NCBI GenBank assembly: GCA_002782605.1
Contig: PFIF01000184.1
Coordinates: forward strand, 1 to 38,389
DNA from: Deltaproteobacteria bacterium CG_4_8_14_3_um_filter_43_13
GTDB lineage: Bacteria > Desulfobacterota > UBA8473
Direction: 5' to 3'
DNA length: 38,389 bases
Shown: in pieces, positions 16,159 to 25,413 of the stretch
How positions within the stretch are numbered: the first letter of the stretch is position 1
Layout: each line of letters opens with the position of its first letter
Translations under genes and position numbers: made by a program
Notes under the pieces: model-generated
What the model was told of the DNA's origin: nothing
Database searches by the model: none
The model's input: only the letters and a program-made list of their open reading frames with translations

Positions 16159-18087
16159 ATGAAAGACAAAACAGGAAATGTCCTGCACGGTGTAAGCCTT
16201 CTTACTGACCACGATGTTTATCTCTTTAAAGAAGGAAACCATTTTAAACTCTACGATAAACTCGGCTCTCATCCAATGACCATCGATGGAAGAAAGGGAA
16301 TCCTCTTTGCAGTATGGGCGCCAAATGCCGAGACGGTGTCGGTCATTGGAGATTTTAATGGATGGAAGCCGGATGTGCATCCCTTGAAGGTAAGGGGGGA
16401 TGAATCGGGCATATGGGAAGCTTTTGTCCCTGGCGTTGAAAAGGGGACTCCTTACAAATATCACATTGCCTCCAGATACAATAACTACAGGGTTGACAAA
16501 GGTGACCCCCTTGCTTTTTATTGGGAAACCCCTCCCAGGACGGCTTCAGTTGCATGGGATCTGAGTTATGAATGGGGAGATGACGATTGGATGAAAAACA
16601 GGCATAAATTCAATGCCTCTGATGCTCCCTTTGCCATATACGAAGTACATCTTGGTTCGTGGAAAAGATGCCCTGAAGAAGGAAACAGGTTTCTCACCTA
16701 TAGAGAAATAGCCCATTGTTTAACAGAATACGTAAAGGAGACAGGGTTTACCCACGTTGAATTATTACCGGTTATGGAGCATCCCTTTTATGGATCATGG
16801 GGGTATCAAACTGTAGGATATTTCGCACCAACAAGCCGATATGGAACTCCCCAGGATTTTATGTATCTAATAGACTATCTCCATAAAAATGGGATTGGAG
16901 TGATATTGGATTGGGTCCCTTCCCATTTTCCAACGGATGAACACGGGCTTGCCTATTTTGACGGAACCCACCTTTATGAACATGCAGACCGAAGAAAGGG
17001 ACACCATCCCGATTGGGATACCTATATCTTTAATCTGGGAAGGAATGAAGTCAAGGAATTCCTTATCAGCAGTGGTCACTTCTGGCTGGACAAATACCAT
17101 GTTGACGGTTTCAGGGTAGATGCTGTAGCGTCAATGCTGTACCTTGACTATGGAAGAAATGATGGAGAGTGGATACCTAACAAGTATGGGGGAAATGAGA
17201 GTATCAAGGCTATAACCTTCCTGAAGAGGTTCAACGAAGCGGTCTACAGGGATTTTCCCGATGTCCAGACAATAGCGGAAGAATCTACAGCATGGCCAAT
17301 GGTTTCTCAACCCACGTATGTGGGAGGTCTTGGCTTTGGAATGAAATGGAATATGGGATGGATGCATGATACCCTGGATTATTTTTCCAAAGACCCCCTT
17401 TACCGGAAGTACCATCAAAATCAGCTCACCTTCAGTATATGGTACGCATTTTCGGAAAATTTTCTCCTTCCCCTCTCACATGATGAAGTTGTCCATGGAA
17501 AGGGAGCCCTTGTTGGAAAGATGCCTGGAAATGAAGAACAAAAGTCAGCAAACCTTCGGCTCTTGTTAGGATACATGTATGGCCACCCAGGAAAGAAACT
17601 GCTCTTCATGGGAGGAGAATTTGGTCAGTGGAGAGAGTGGAATCATGACGAGAGTTTAGAATGGCATGCCCTTCAATATCCCTCTCATCAGGGAATACAG
17701 AGGTGGGTTAAAGACCTGAACCTCTTTTACAGAAACGAACCTGCTATGCATGAACTGGATTTTGCGATGGAGGGTTTTGAATGGATAGATTTTCATGACT
17801 GGGAGCATGGGATCATAAGCTTTATAAGAAAGGGCAAAAACACCGACGCCATTATCCTTGTTATCTGTAACTTAACACCTATCCCAAGATATAAATATAG
17901 AGTTGGAGTCCCTCGCGGTGGTTTCTGGGAAGAGGTCATTAATAGTGATTCAGAAGTGTACGGAGGAAGTGGACATGGGAACCTCGGCGGTGTTGAAGCC
18001 ACTCCGGTACCAGCCCATGGAAGAGATTATTCCATCTCTCTAACCTTACCTCCTTTGGGGGTTCTGTTTTTTAAGAGTGAAACGTAA
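16159..18087 (+). CDS. glgB: 1,4-alpha-glucan branching enzyme (GH13)
   Basis: Motifs seen are [54 protein letters not shown] and [12 protein letters not shown], which are GH13 regions I-IV of GlgB. The ORF is open from TTG 16108. The ATG at 16159 is preferred. Confidence 0.9.
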   Translation: MKDKTGNVLHGVSLLTDHDVYLFKEGNHFKLYDKLGSHPMTIDGRKGILFAVWAPNAETVSVIGDFNGWKPDVHPLKVRGDESGIWEAFVPGVEKGTPYKYHIASRYNNYRVDKGDPLAFYWETPPRTASVAWDLSYEWGDDDWMKNRHKFNASDAPFAIYEVHLGSWKRCPEEGNRFLTYREIAHCLTEYVKETGFTHVELLPVMEHPFYGSWGYQTVGYFAPTSRYGTPQDFMYLIDYLHKNGIGVILDWVPSHFPTDEHGLAYFDGTHLYEHADRRKGHHPDWDTYIFNLGRNEVKEFLISSGHFWLDKYHVDGFRVDAVASMLYLDYGRNDGEWIPNKYGGNESIKAITFLKRFNEAVYRDFPDVQTIAEESTAWPMVSQPTYVGGLGFGMKWNMGWMHDTLDYFSKDPLYRKYHQNQLTFSIWYAFSENFLLPLSHDEVVHGKGALVGKMPGNEEQKSANLRLLLGYMYGHPGKKLLFMGGEFGQWREWNHDESLEWHALQYPSHQGIQRWVKDLNLFYRNEPAMHELDFAMEGFEWIDFHDWEHGIISFIRKGKNTDAIILVICNLTPIPRYKYRVGVPRGGFWEEVINSDSEVYGGSGHGNLGGVEATPVPAHGRDYSISLTLPPLGVLFFKSET

Positions 18088-18185
18088 ATTTCGGGGAACG
18101 GAGTGTTGTTGTATTTTTTAGGTCTCCCAAAGAGTTGGTCGATGAAAAGGATTCAAGAGGTCAAGGATTCAAGGATTCGAGCGAA

Positions 18186-18254
18186 ATGCTTAAAAATTAC
18201 AAAGAATTAAAGGTCTGGCAAAAGTCCTATCACCTATGTTTGATGGTTTCTTAA
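18186..18254 (+). pseudogene. 5' fragment of a four-helix-bundle (23S rRNA intervening-sequence type) protein gene
   Basis: It encodes MLKNYKELKVWQKSYHLCLMVS*. The NYKELKVWQK(S/A)Y..L string is the canonical N-terminus of this family. It is truncated after about 20 aa. Confidence 0.55.
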
Positions 18255-18280
18255 AAAGTCAGGAAACCCTCTTCCTTGTC

Positions 18281-18343
18281 ATTCCGGCGAAAGCCGGAAT
18301 CCAGTAATTTCAAGCACTTTTAGACTCCGGCTTTCGCCGGAGT
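18281..18343. repeat. Mirror-image pair of GC-rich hairpins (ATTCCGGC-GAAA-GCCGGAAT and ACTCCGGC-TTTC-GCCGGAGT)
   Basis: Positions 18281-18300 and 18324-18343 are approximately reverse complements of one another. This is a common intergenic repeat type that translates as ..IPAKAGIQ.. / ..PAFAGVT.. Confidence 0.7.
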
Positions 18344-18500
18344 GACGGAATTAAGACTTTTTGCGAAGCCATCAAATTTGTTCATTATAGAAAAGTGGTC
18401 TCGCTGGAGCGAGACAAAAAGAAAAGCATATATCATATAACAGCGTATATCTGGCATTGTTTTGCGCTCAACCCTGCAATCAACACACAAGGGGACAACC

Positions 18501-19289
18501 ATGCAAATGAGCACCGAAGACTTGACCGATCTTCAAAGAGCTAAACAAGTTCTCGAAAACCCGATCCTTGCGGTAAAAATCACCAATATTATCGGCAGCC
18601 CAATTGAAAAGGGCATGGATCTTTTGCCCGACAAATGGTCGGAGGCCGTAAGCCACGCAACCAAGAAGGCACTCGATACTGCCCTAGACGTTGCATTACT
18701 CACACTCGACAAGGATTCTGGGGGTCAAGCTCAGAATATTTGGCACAAGGTTGCTGTGGGGGTCTCGGGTGGTGTTGGTGGAGCTGCCGGCATCCTAGGT
18801 TTAATAGTCGAACTGCCAATTTCGACCGGCATCATGCTCCGGTCAATCGCAGACATTGCTCGTGGTCAAGGAGAGCAATTGAATCTGCCTGAGGTGAAGC
18901 TTGCCTGTATTGAAGTGTTTGCGCTTGGAGGAACAACATCTAAGGACGATGCCTCCGAATCTGGTTATTTCGCTGTTCGGGCTGCCCTCGCTAAAGCGGT
19001 TTCAGAAGCTGCAGAGTTTATTGCGGAAAGGGGCATTGCAAGAGAAGGCGCACCTGCTCTCGTTCGCCTGGTTTCTCAATTAGCGGAGCGCTTTGGAATC
19101 ACTGTCTCTGAGAAGGTAGCTGCACAGGCCATCCCAGCGATCGGTGCTGTCGGAGGAGCGTTGATCAATTTGTTGTTCATAGACCATTTCCAAGATATGG
19201 CAAGAGGTCACTTCAGCGTACGCAGGCTTGAAAGAAAATACGATCCGGCAACTGTTAAGGCCGCATATCTTTCGCTTCCGAACAAGTGA
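18501..19289 (+). CDS. EcsC-family protein
   Basis: The N-terminal part is ...ENPILAVKITNIIGSPIEKGMDLLP... The glycine-rich core is GVSGGVGGAAGILGLIVELPISTGIMLRSIADIARGQGEQL, as in EcsC (PF12787) proteins as I recall them. The ORF is open from TTG 18462. The ATG at 18501 has an AAGGGGA ribosome-binding site. Confidence 0.65.
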   Translation: MQMSTEDLTDLQRAKQVLENPILAVKITNIIGSPIEKGMDLLPDKWSEAVSHATKKALDTALDVALLTLDKDSGGQAQNIWHKVAVGVSGGVGGAAGILGLIVELPISTGIMLRSIADIARGQGEQLNLPEVKLACIEVFALGGTTSKDDASESGYFAVRAALAKAVSEAAEFIAERGIAREGAPALVRLVSQLAERFGITVSEKVAAQAIPAIGAVGGALINLLFIDHFQDMARGHFSVRRLERKYDPATVKAAYLSLPNK

Positions 19290-19299
19290 ATCTCGTTTA

Positions 19300-19435
19300 G
19301 CGCATAACACGGCAAACAACGACGCTGGTAATAGTCATGAGTAGTAAAAGCCTCGTTCAACACTTTTGTTTCACAAGGAATTTGTCTATTCGTAGTTCGC
19401 AAAAGTGCTGCGTTGTTTGTCCAAACGTTATCTGC
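19300..19435. repeat. Second imperfect inverted-repeat element of the ..ATAAC...GTTA.. type
   Basis: The arms are GCGCATAACACGGCAAACAACGACGC (19300-19325) and GCTGCGTTGTTTGTCCAAACGTTATCTGC (19407-19435). They flank about 80 bp and resemble the element at 1481-1605 in architecture. Confidence 0.45.
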
Positions 19436-19497
19436 TCAGTGCGGGCAGGGGAGACCATTTTTTAAAAAACTTATTTATGTTATGAGGAGTTAGTAAA

Positions 19498-19722
19498 ATG
19501 GAGATTGCTAATAGAATAATAGTTGATGAGAAGATTAGATTTGGGAAGCCCGTTATAAAAGGTTCACGGGTTCCGGTGGATTTAATTATTGGAAAATTGG
19601 CTGGTGGCATGACCTATGATGAAGTTATGTCTGAATACGACTTAACGAAAGAAGATATTTTAGCTGCATTAGATTATGCTGCAAAACACCTTTCAGATGA
19701 AGAAATCAGGGCTATAGCTTAA
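19498..19722 (+). CDS. DUF433-domain protein (putative antitoxin)
   Basis: 74 aa. IRFGKPVIKGSRVPVDLIIGKLAGGMTYDEVMSEYDLTKEDILAALDYA is the DUF433 pattern. A GAGGAG ribosome-binding site precedes it. Only 1 nt separates it from the next gene. Confidence 0.75.
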   Translation: MEIANRIIVDEKIRFGKPVIKGSRVPVDLIIGKLAGGMTYDEVMSEYDLTKEDILAALDYAAKHLSDEEIRAIA

Positions 19723-19723
19723 G

Positions 19724-20089
19724 ATGATTAAATTTGTAATTGATGAAGACATGCCAAGATCAACAGCAAGGGTTTTAAAAGCCAATGGTTTTGACTCCTT
19801 AGATGTACGGGATTATGGTTTGAGAGGTAAAGATGACGAAGAGGTATTTGAATTTGCTCAAAGAAATAATGCCATACTATTGACTGGCGATTGGGGATTT
19901 GGGAACCTCTTACATTTCCCAGTAGGGAGTCATTTAGGGATTGTCATTGCTCATTTCCCTAACGAAATATCCTCTGCTGAATTGAATAATCAGATACTCA
20001 AAGCTTTTAGGAACCTTACAGAAGGTGATTTTAAAGGCAATCTCATTATTCTTGAACCAGGTAAACTAAGAATTAGAAGGAAACCATAA
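19724..20089 (+). CDS. DUF5615-family PIN-like protein (putative toxin)
   Basis: 121 aa. MIKFVIDEDMP...LKANGFDS......DEEVFEFAQRNNAILLTGDWGFGN matches the DUF5615 (Mut7-C/PIN-like) pattern. This family is the usual partner of DUF433. Confidence 0.7.
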   Translation: MIKFVIDEDMPRSTARVLKANGFDSLDVRDYGLRGKDDEEVFEFAQRNNAILLTGDWGFGNLLHFPVGSHLGIVIAHFPNEISSAELNNQILKAFRNLTEGDFKGNLIILEPGKLRIRRKP

Positions 20090-20111
20090 TTAGTAAGGAG
20101 TAACCCCCATA

Positions 20112-22541
20112 ATGGATAAGTATATATGCATCCATGGACATTTTTACCAGCCGCCAAGGGAGAACCCATGGCTTGAAGAGGTAGAATTTCAAGACGGAGC
20201 CTATCCTTATCATGACTGGAATGATAAGATAACCGCCCAGTGTTACAAACCTAATACAGCTTCCCGCATCCTTGATAAGGACGAAAGGATCGTTGATATA
20301 GTAAACAACTATTCAAAAATCAGCTTTAACGTGGGACCGACCCTTGCTTCCTGGATGGAAAGAAACAAACCCGAAGTCTACAAGGCTATCCTTGAAGCTG
20401 ATAGATTGAGCATAAAACGGTTCTCCGGACATGGTTCGGCAATAGCCCAGGTATACAACCATATGATTACACCCCTCGCAAACAAAAGGGACAAATACAC
20501 CCAGGCAATATGGGGGATAAAGGACTTTCAGAAGAGGTTTGGAAGATTCCCTGAAGGAATGTGGCTTCCCGAAACTGCCGTTGATATAGAGACCCTTGAA
20601 GTATTGGCAGAGCTTGAGATAAAGTTCACCATCCTCTCTCAAATACAGGCAAAGAGAGTAAAGAAAAAAGAGGAGAGCGAATGGCAGGATGTCAGCGGAG
20701 GAAGGGTTGACCCGACAATGCCTTATCTATGCACCCTTCCATCAGGAAGGAATGTAAACCTGTTTTTCTACGATGGGCCTATCTCTCGGGACATTGCCTT
20801 TGGAGAGTTGTTAAACAGCGGAGAAGCCTTTGTCAGGAGACTGCTCTCTGCATTTAATGATCAAAGGGGCAGGACACAGCTTGTCCACATTGCAACGGAT
20901 GGGGAGACGTATGGTCACCACCACCGCTTCGGAGATATGGCTTTAGCTTACTGTCTCTATCTTATCGAGTCAAATACCCTTGCAAAGATAATCAATTATG
21001 GAGAGTACCTTGAAAAACACCCTCCAACCTACATTGTTGAAATCTTAGAAAACTCATCCTGGAGCTGCTGTCACGGAATAGAACGGTGGAGAGACAATTG
21101 CGGCTGCAGCACAGGAATGAATCAGGGATGGACCCAGGCATGGAGAAAGCCCCTAAGAGTGGCGATGGACGCGCTGAGAGACAGACTCGTACCGCTCTAT
21201 AAAGAAGAGGCATCAAGGTATTTAAGTGACCCATGGAAAGCAAGGGACGACTACATCGAGGCTATACTGGACAGATCACGGAAGAATACAGAAGGGTTTC
21301 TCAGAGAACATTCTGTTAAAGCCCTTTCAACCGAAGAAAAGATAAGAGTCTTAAAGCTTCTGGAGATGCAGAGAAATGCCATGCTCATGTTTACAAGTTG
21401 CGGCTGGTTTTTCGACGAGATATCCGGAATCGAGACTACTCAGATCATGCAATATGCAGCCAGGGCTATCCAGCTTACAGAGGAACTGTTTGACATATCC
21501 GTTGAAGAAGATTACCTTTCAACCCTTGAAAAGGCACCTACTAATATACCGAAACTGGCAAATGGCAGAAGGATATATGAAACCCTTGTCAAACCTGCAA
21601 TGGTTGACCTCATGAGGGTTGGTGCCCACTATGCCATATCCTCCATCTTCGATGGATATTCTAAAAGCACTGCCATATACTGCTATACCATCACTAGAGA
21701 GACATACAACCTGAGTGGGGCAGGGAGGTTAAGGCTTGCTACAGGAAGGGTCAAGGTAGTCTCGGACATAACATGGGATCAAGAATATGTATGCTTTGCC
21801 GTGCTCCACCTGGGAGAGCATAATGTCATCGGAGGGATTAGGATTAATGTAAACGATGAAGTCTTCTCAATGATGTACAGGGAATTAACAGAGGTTTTTG
21901 AAAGAGGAGATATCTCCAAGGTCATAAGGGCCATGGATAAACACTTTGGCGTGAATAACTATTCTCTCTGGCATCTCTTTAAGGATGAACAGAGAAGAAT
22001 CTTAGATCACATCCTTCGTTCAACGCTAGATGATGCAGAGGCTTCGTTCCGTCAGATATACGAGGATAATTACGGTACCATGAACTTCTTACATGAAGTC
22101 TCTTACCCCCTTCCAAGCCCACTTCTCGCGGCCACTGAGCTCATCCTGAATACGGACATAAGGAAAGTCCTTGAAGAAGAAAAACCAGATTTAGACAAAC
22201 TGAAACAGCTGATAAGCGCGGTAAAGAGATGGACTGTGAATATTGACAAACCAACCTTGAGTTTTGCTGCAAACTCTATGATCAATACCCTCAGCGAAAA
22301 GTTAAACTTGAATAGTAATGATCTATCAATTATTGAAGCCCTTGAGCATACTATAAGACTGTTGAGGTTATTACCACTGGAGTTAGACCTGTCGACTTCC
22401 CAGAATATCTACTTTTACATAGGGCAGACGATCCTTCCTGATAAGGTGAAAGAGAGAGAAGAAAGTAAAGATGAAAAAGCGGAGAAATGGCTGGATGCTT
22501 TTTATAAATTGGGGCTTCAACTACATGTGAAGGTCTTATGA
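20112..22541 (+). CDS. GH57-family glycoside hydrolase with C-terminal DUF3536-like extension
   Basis: Motifs seen are ICIHGHFYQPPRENPW, GMWLPETAV (nucleophile Glu region) and IATDGETYGHHH (acid/base Asp region). It is 809 aa. An AAGGAG ribosome-binding site precedes it. Confidence 0.85.
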   Translation: MDKYICIHGHFYQPPRENPWLEEVEFQDGAYPYHDWNDKITAQCYKPNTASRILDKDERIVDIVNNYSKISFNVGPTLASWMERNKPEVYKAILEADRLSIKRFSGHGSAIAQVYNHMITPLANKRDKYTQAIWGIKDFQKRFGRFPEGMWLPETAVDIETLEVLAELEIKFTILSQIQAKRVKKKEESEWQDVSGGRVDPTMPYLCTLPSGRNVNLFFYDGPISRDIAFGELLNSGEAFVRRLLSAFNDQRGRTQLVHIATDGETYGHHHRFGDMALAYCLYLIESNTLAKIINYGEYLEKHPPTYIVEILENSSWSCCHGIERWRDNCGCSTGMNQGWTQAWRKPLRVAMDALRDRLVPLYKEEASRYLSDPWKARDDYIEAILDRSRKNTEGFLREHSVKALSTEEKIRVLKLLEMQRNAMLMFTSCGWFFDEISGIETTQIMQYAARAIQLTEELFDISVEEDYLSTLEKAPTNIPKLANGRRIYETLVKPAMVDLMRVGAHYAISSIFDGYSKSTAIYCYTITRETYNLSGAGRLRLATGRVKVVSDITWDQEYVCFAVLHLGEHNVIGGIRINVNDEVFSMMYRELTEVFERGDISKVIRAMDKHFGVNNYSLWHLFKDEQRRILDHILRSTLDDAEASFRQIYEDNYGTMNFLHEVSYPLPSPLLAATELILNTDIRKVLEEEKPDLDKLKQLISAVKRWTVNIDKPTLSFAANSMINTLSEKLNLNSNDLSIIEALEHTIRLLRLLPLELDLSTSQNIYFYIGQTILPDKVKEREESKDEKAEKWLDAFYKLGLQLHVKVL

Positions 22542-24034
22542 TGAGACGAGGAAGCGGTATACTTCTTCATGTATCATCCCTACCTTCATCATTCGGCATT
22601 GGAGATTTGGGACCATGGGCTTACCGTTTTGCGGATTTTCTTGCTGAGACCAAACAGAGTTTTTGGCAAATCCTTCCCTTAAACCCTGCCGAACCGGCTC
22701 ATGCCAACTCCCCATACCACGCCATATCTGTCTTTGCCAGCAATCCACTGTTAATAAGCCCAGAGCTTCTGGTCCGCGATGGCTTCCTTGCCGAAGAAGA
22801 TATTGAGCCATCACCCAATTTCCCCGGGGAAAGGGTAAATTATGAAGAGGTTGTTGCTTATAAAAAAATGCTTTTTTCTCTGGCATACCAGTGTTTCAAA
22901 AAAGGGGGAGCCAATCATGAATATGAAAGGTTTTGTCAGGACAATTCCCATTGGCTCACAGACTTTGCCCTTTTTCTCACCCTCAAAGCCCATTTCAACG
23001 GAAAGGTGTGGAGTGAATGGCCTTCTGAAATAAGGGATAGGAAAAAAGAAGCTCTACAACCGTTTAAAGAGGAGCTTTTGGATGAAATGGAGTTTCATAA
23101 GTTCCTTCAGTACATATTCTTCAAACAGTGGTTCTCGCTAAAGCTCTATTGCAATCAGAAGGGCATTCATATCATTGGAGACATCCCCTTTTATGTGGAA
23201 TACGACAGCGTAGAGCTCTGGACTAATCCCGATATGTTTAAGCTAAATGGAGAAAAGAGACCTTATGCTGTTGCAGGTGTTCCGCCCGATTACTTCAGTG
23301 AGACAGGGCAGCTTTGGGGCAATCCTGTTTATCGGTGGGATGTCTTGAGGGAGAGGGGCTATGATTGGTGGGGTCAAAGGATAGGATATAACTTAAAATA
23401 CTTTGATCTTGTGAGGATTGATCATTTCCGTGGCTTTGTTGGGTATTGGGAAGTTCCAGCAGGCGAAAGCACTGCTATGAACGGAAGATGGGTTGAGGCA
23501 CCCGCAGAAGACCTCTTCAATACTCTGCTTAAGAAGTTTCCCTATCTACCCATGATTGCAGAGGATCTGGGTGTAATCACCCCGGATGTACGGGAAGTGA
23601 TGAACCGTTTTGACTTTCTAGGCATGAAGGTGCTCCTTTTCGCCTTTGGTAAAGATATTTCTACCAACCCCTATATACCTCATAATATCGTGAAAAACTG
23701 TGTTATATACACAGGGACTCACGACAACAATACGGTGAGGGGATGGTTTGAAAAAGAGGCAACATCGGAGGACAAGAGGAGACTATTTCAGTATCTGGGG
23801 CATGAGGTGTCAGTAGAGGATATTCACTGGGAAATGATCAGGCTTGCCATGATGTCAGTCGCAAACATGGCCATATTCCCAATGCAGGATATCTTAGGTC
23901 TCGGGGAGACGTCCAGGATGAATCGACCGGCAACAACACGGGACAACTGGATATGGCGGCTTATGTCTGAACAGTTGACACCGGGCATTGCTGCAAAACT
24001 CCTGGAGATAACCGAAATTTATGGAAGGGCATAA
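22538..24034 (+). CDS. malQ: 4-alpha-glucanotransferase (amylomaltase, GH77)
   Basis: Motifs seen are RGSGILLHVSSLPSSFGIGDLGP, ...VRIDHFRGF..., IAEDLG and YTGTHDN. It has a 4-nt ATGA overlap with the GH57 gene. Confidence 0.9.
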   Translation: MMRRGSGILLHVSSLPSSFGIGDLGPWAYRFADFLAETKQSFWQILPLNPAEPAHANSPYHAISVFASNPLLISPELLVRDGFLAEEDIEPSPNFPGERVNYEEVVAYKKMLFSLAYQCFKKGGANHEYERFCQDNSHWLTDFALFLTLKAHFNGKVWSEWPSEIRDRKKEALQPFKEELLDEMEFHKFLQYIFFKQWFSLKLYCNQKGIHIIGDIPFYVEYDSVELWTNPDMFKLNGEKRPYAVAGVPPDYFSETGQLWGNPVYRWDVLRERGYDWWGQRIGYNLKYFDLVRIDHFRGFVGYWEVPAGESTAMNGRWVEAPAEDLFNTLLKKFPYLPMIAEDLGVITPDVREVMNRFDFLGMKVLLFAFGKDISTNPYIPHNIVKNCVIYTGTHDNNTVRGWFEKEATSEDKRRLFQYLGHEVSVEDIHWEMIRLAMMSVANMAIFPMQDILGLGETSRMNRPATTRDNWIWRLMSEQLTPGIAAKLLEITEIYGRA

Positions 24035-24051
24035 ATAGGAGGAGACACCTG

Positions 24052-25380
24052 ATGCACTATGACACAGCCCTTAGGGGCTACACGTCGAAGCGAATCGAGG
24101 AGATTGAATCCGCAGATATCCTGATAGGGATCCCCTGCTATAACAACGAGCGAACCATCGCCCACGTGATCCAGATGGTCAGTCATGGCATGGCCAAGCA
24201 CTACAATGAACGAAGGAGCGTAATCTTCATTGCCGATGGGGGCTCCACAGACGATACCAGGGAGGCAGCCAAGGAGTTTGAGATCAAACCGTGGCAGGAG
24301 AAGATTGTCTCTATTTACCGTGGCTCAGCGGGAAAAGGGACAGCCCTCAGGTCTATCTTTGAGGCTGCGAAGCGGCTCAGTGTTGAGGCGTGCGCTGTAG
24401 TGGACTCAGACCTCAGGAGTATCACATCGGACTGGGTGCAATATCTCCTGGACCCGGTTATTAGCAGGAAGTATCAGTTTGTGTCACCTGTCTACCTCCG
24501 GCACAAGTACGACGGAACTATTACTAACAATATCGTATACAACCTCACTCGCACCCTTTATGGAAAGCGCATCCGACAGCCCATAGGGGGAGACTTTGCT
24601 TTCTCAAGGGATTTAGCCGGATTCTATAGTGATCAGGACGTTTGGGGAACGGACGTGGCCCGGTATGGGATAGACATCTGGATGACCACCAACGCTATCA
24701 CTCAAGGGTTTAGTGTCTGCCAGTCCAATCTGGGAGCTAAGATCCACGATGTCAAGGACCCGGGACAGCACCTGGGCCCCATGTTCCGTCAGGTTATCTG
24801 GACCCTTTTTTCCCTCATGGAACGCTTTGAAACCTACTGGAAAGAGGTCAGGGGCAGCAAACCTGTTGAGACTTTTGGACACGAAGAATACGTGGAGCCT
24901 GAGCCTGTGGTTGTTAACGTAGAGGTAATGATAGAGAATTTCAGGACCGGCTTCCAGCAGTTCTCTTCCCTGTGGAAGGAGATATTCTGCAAAGATTGTT
25001 TCGACGAGATCACAAAGAGTTACGAAATGGATTCGAGCCATTTTCATCTCTCCACCGATGCATGGATTCAGATACTCTATGAATTAGCAGCTACCTTCCA
25101 TGCTTGGCGCATCAACCGCAACAAGTTGATCGACTTAGTTACCCCCCTCTACTATGCCCGGGTAGCCTCCTTCGTCCAGCAAACCCGGGAGATGTCCTTA
25201 CAGGAAGCCGAGGCACTGGTAGAGGAGCAGGCTATAAAGTTTGAGGAACACAAGGATTATCTCATCGAGGTATGGAATAAGAAAACTGAGGAGACAGCAG
25301 ATATACTTGCCAAGTTTGAAAAGGGACTTCGCAAAGAAGGGGCTGAAGAGAAGCAGAATAAAAAGGGGAGGAGACAATAA
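24052..25380 (+). CDS. GT-A fold glycosyltransferase (GT2/GT81-like), specificity unknown
   Basis: Motifs seen are ADILIGIPCYNNERTIAHVI, ...IADGGSTDDT..., GKGTALRSIF and VVDSDL (DxD). It has a C-terminal helical extension and a Lys-rich tail. An AGGAGG ribosome-binding site precedes it. Confidence 0.6.
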   Translation: MHYDTALRGYTSKRIEEIESADILIGIPCYNNERTIAHVIQMVSHGMAKHYNERRSVIFIADGGSTDDTREAAKEFEIKPWQEKIVSIYRGSAGKGTALRSIFEAAKRLSVEACAVVDSDLRSITSDWVQYLLDPVISRKYQFVSPVYLRHKYDGTITNNIVYNLTRTLYGKRIRQPIGGDFAFSRDLAGFYSDQDVWGTDVARYGIDIWMTTNAITQGFSVCQSNLGAKIHDVKDPGQHLGPMFRQVIWTLFSLMERFETYWKEVRGSKPVETFGHEEYVEPEPVVVNVEVMIENFRTGFQQFSSLWKEIFCKDCFDEITKSYEMDSSHFHLSTDAWIQILYELAATFHAWRINRNKLIDLVTPLYYARVASFVQQTREMSLQEAEALVEEQAIKFEEHKDYLIEVWNKKTEETADILAKFEKGLRKEGAEEKQNKKGRRQ

Positions 25381-25413
25381 ACAAACGAAGATAACAGAAA
25401 GGAGGGGAGAGCG

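Noticed and set aside
18452-18466. A sigma-54-like promoter, TGGCAT-tgtt-TTGCG, upstream of the EcsC gene.
   Set aside because: GG and GC are separated by 9 nt rather than the strictly conserved 10 nt, and no activator gene is adjacent. It is probably a chance match.
18462-19289. Horizontal transfer of the EcsC gene inferred from elevated GC.
   Set aside because: A 60-nt spot count gave about 57% GC in the EcsC gene against about 35% in glgB. However, tamB and the nuoF fusion gave similar values of about 53-57%. Composition is heterogeneous across the window, so GC alone is not evidence. The insertion argument rests on gene order and repeats instead.
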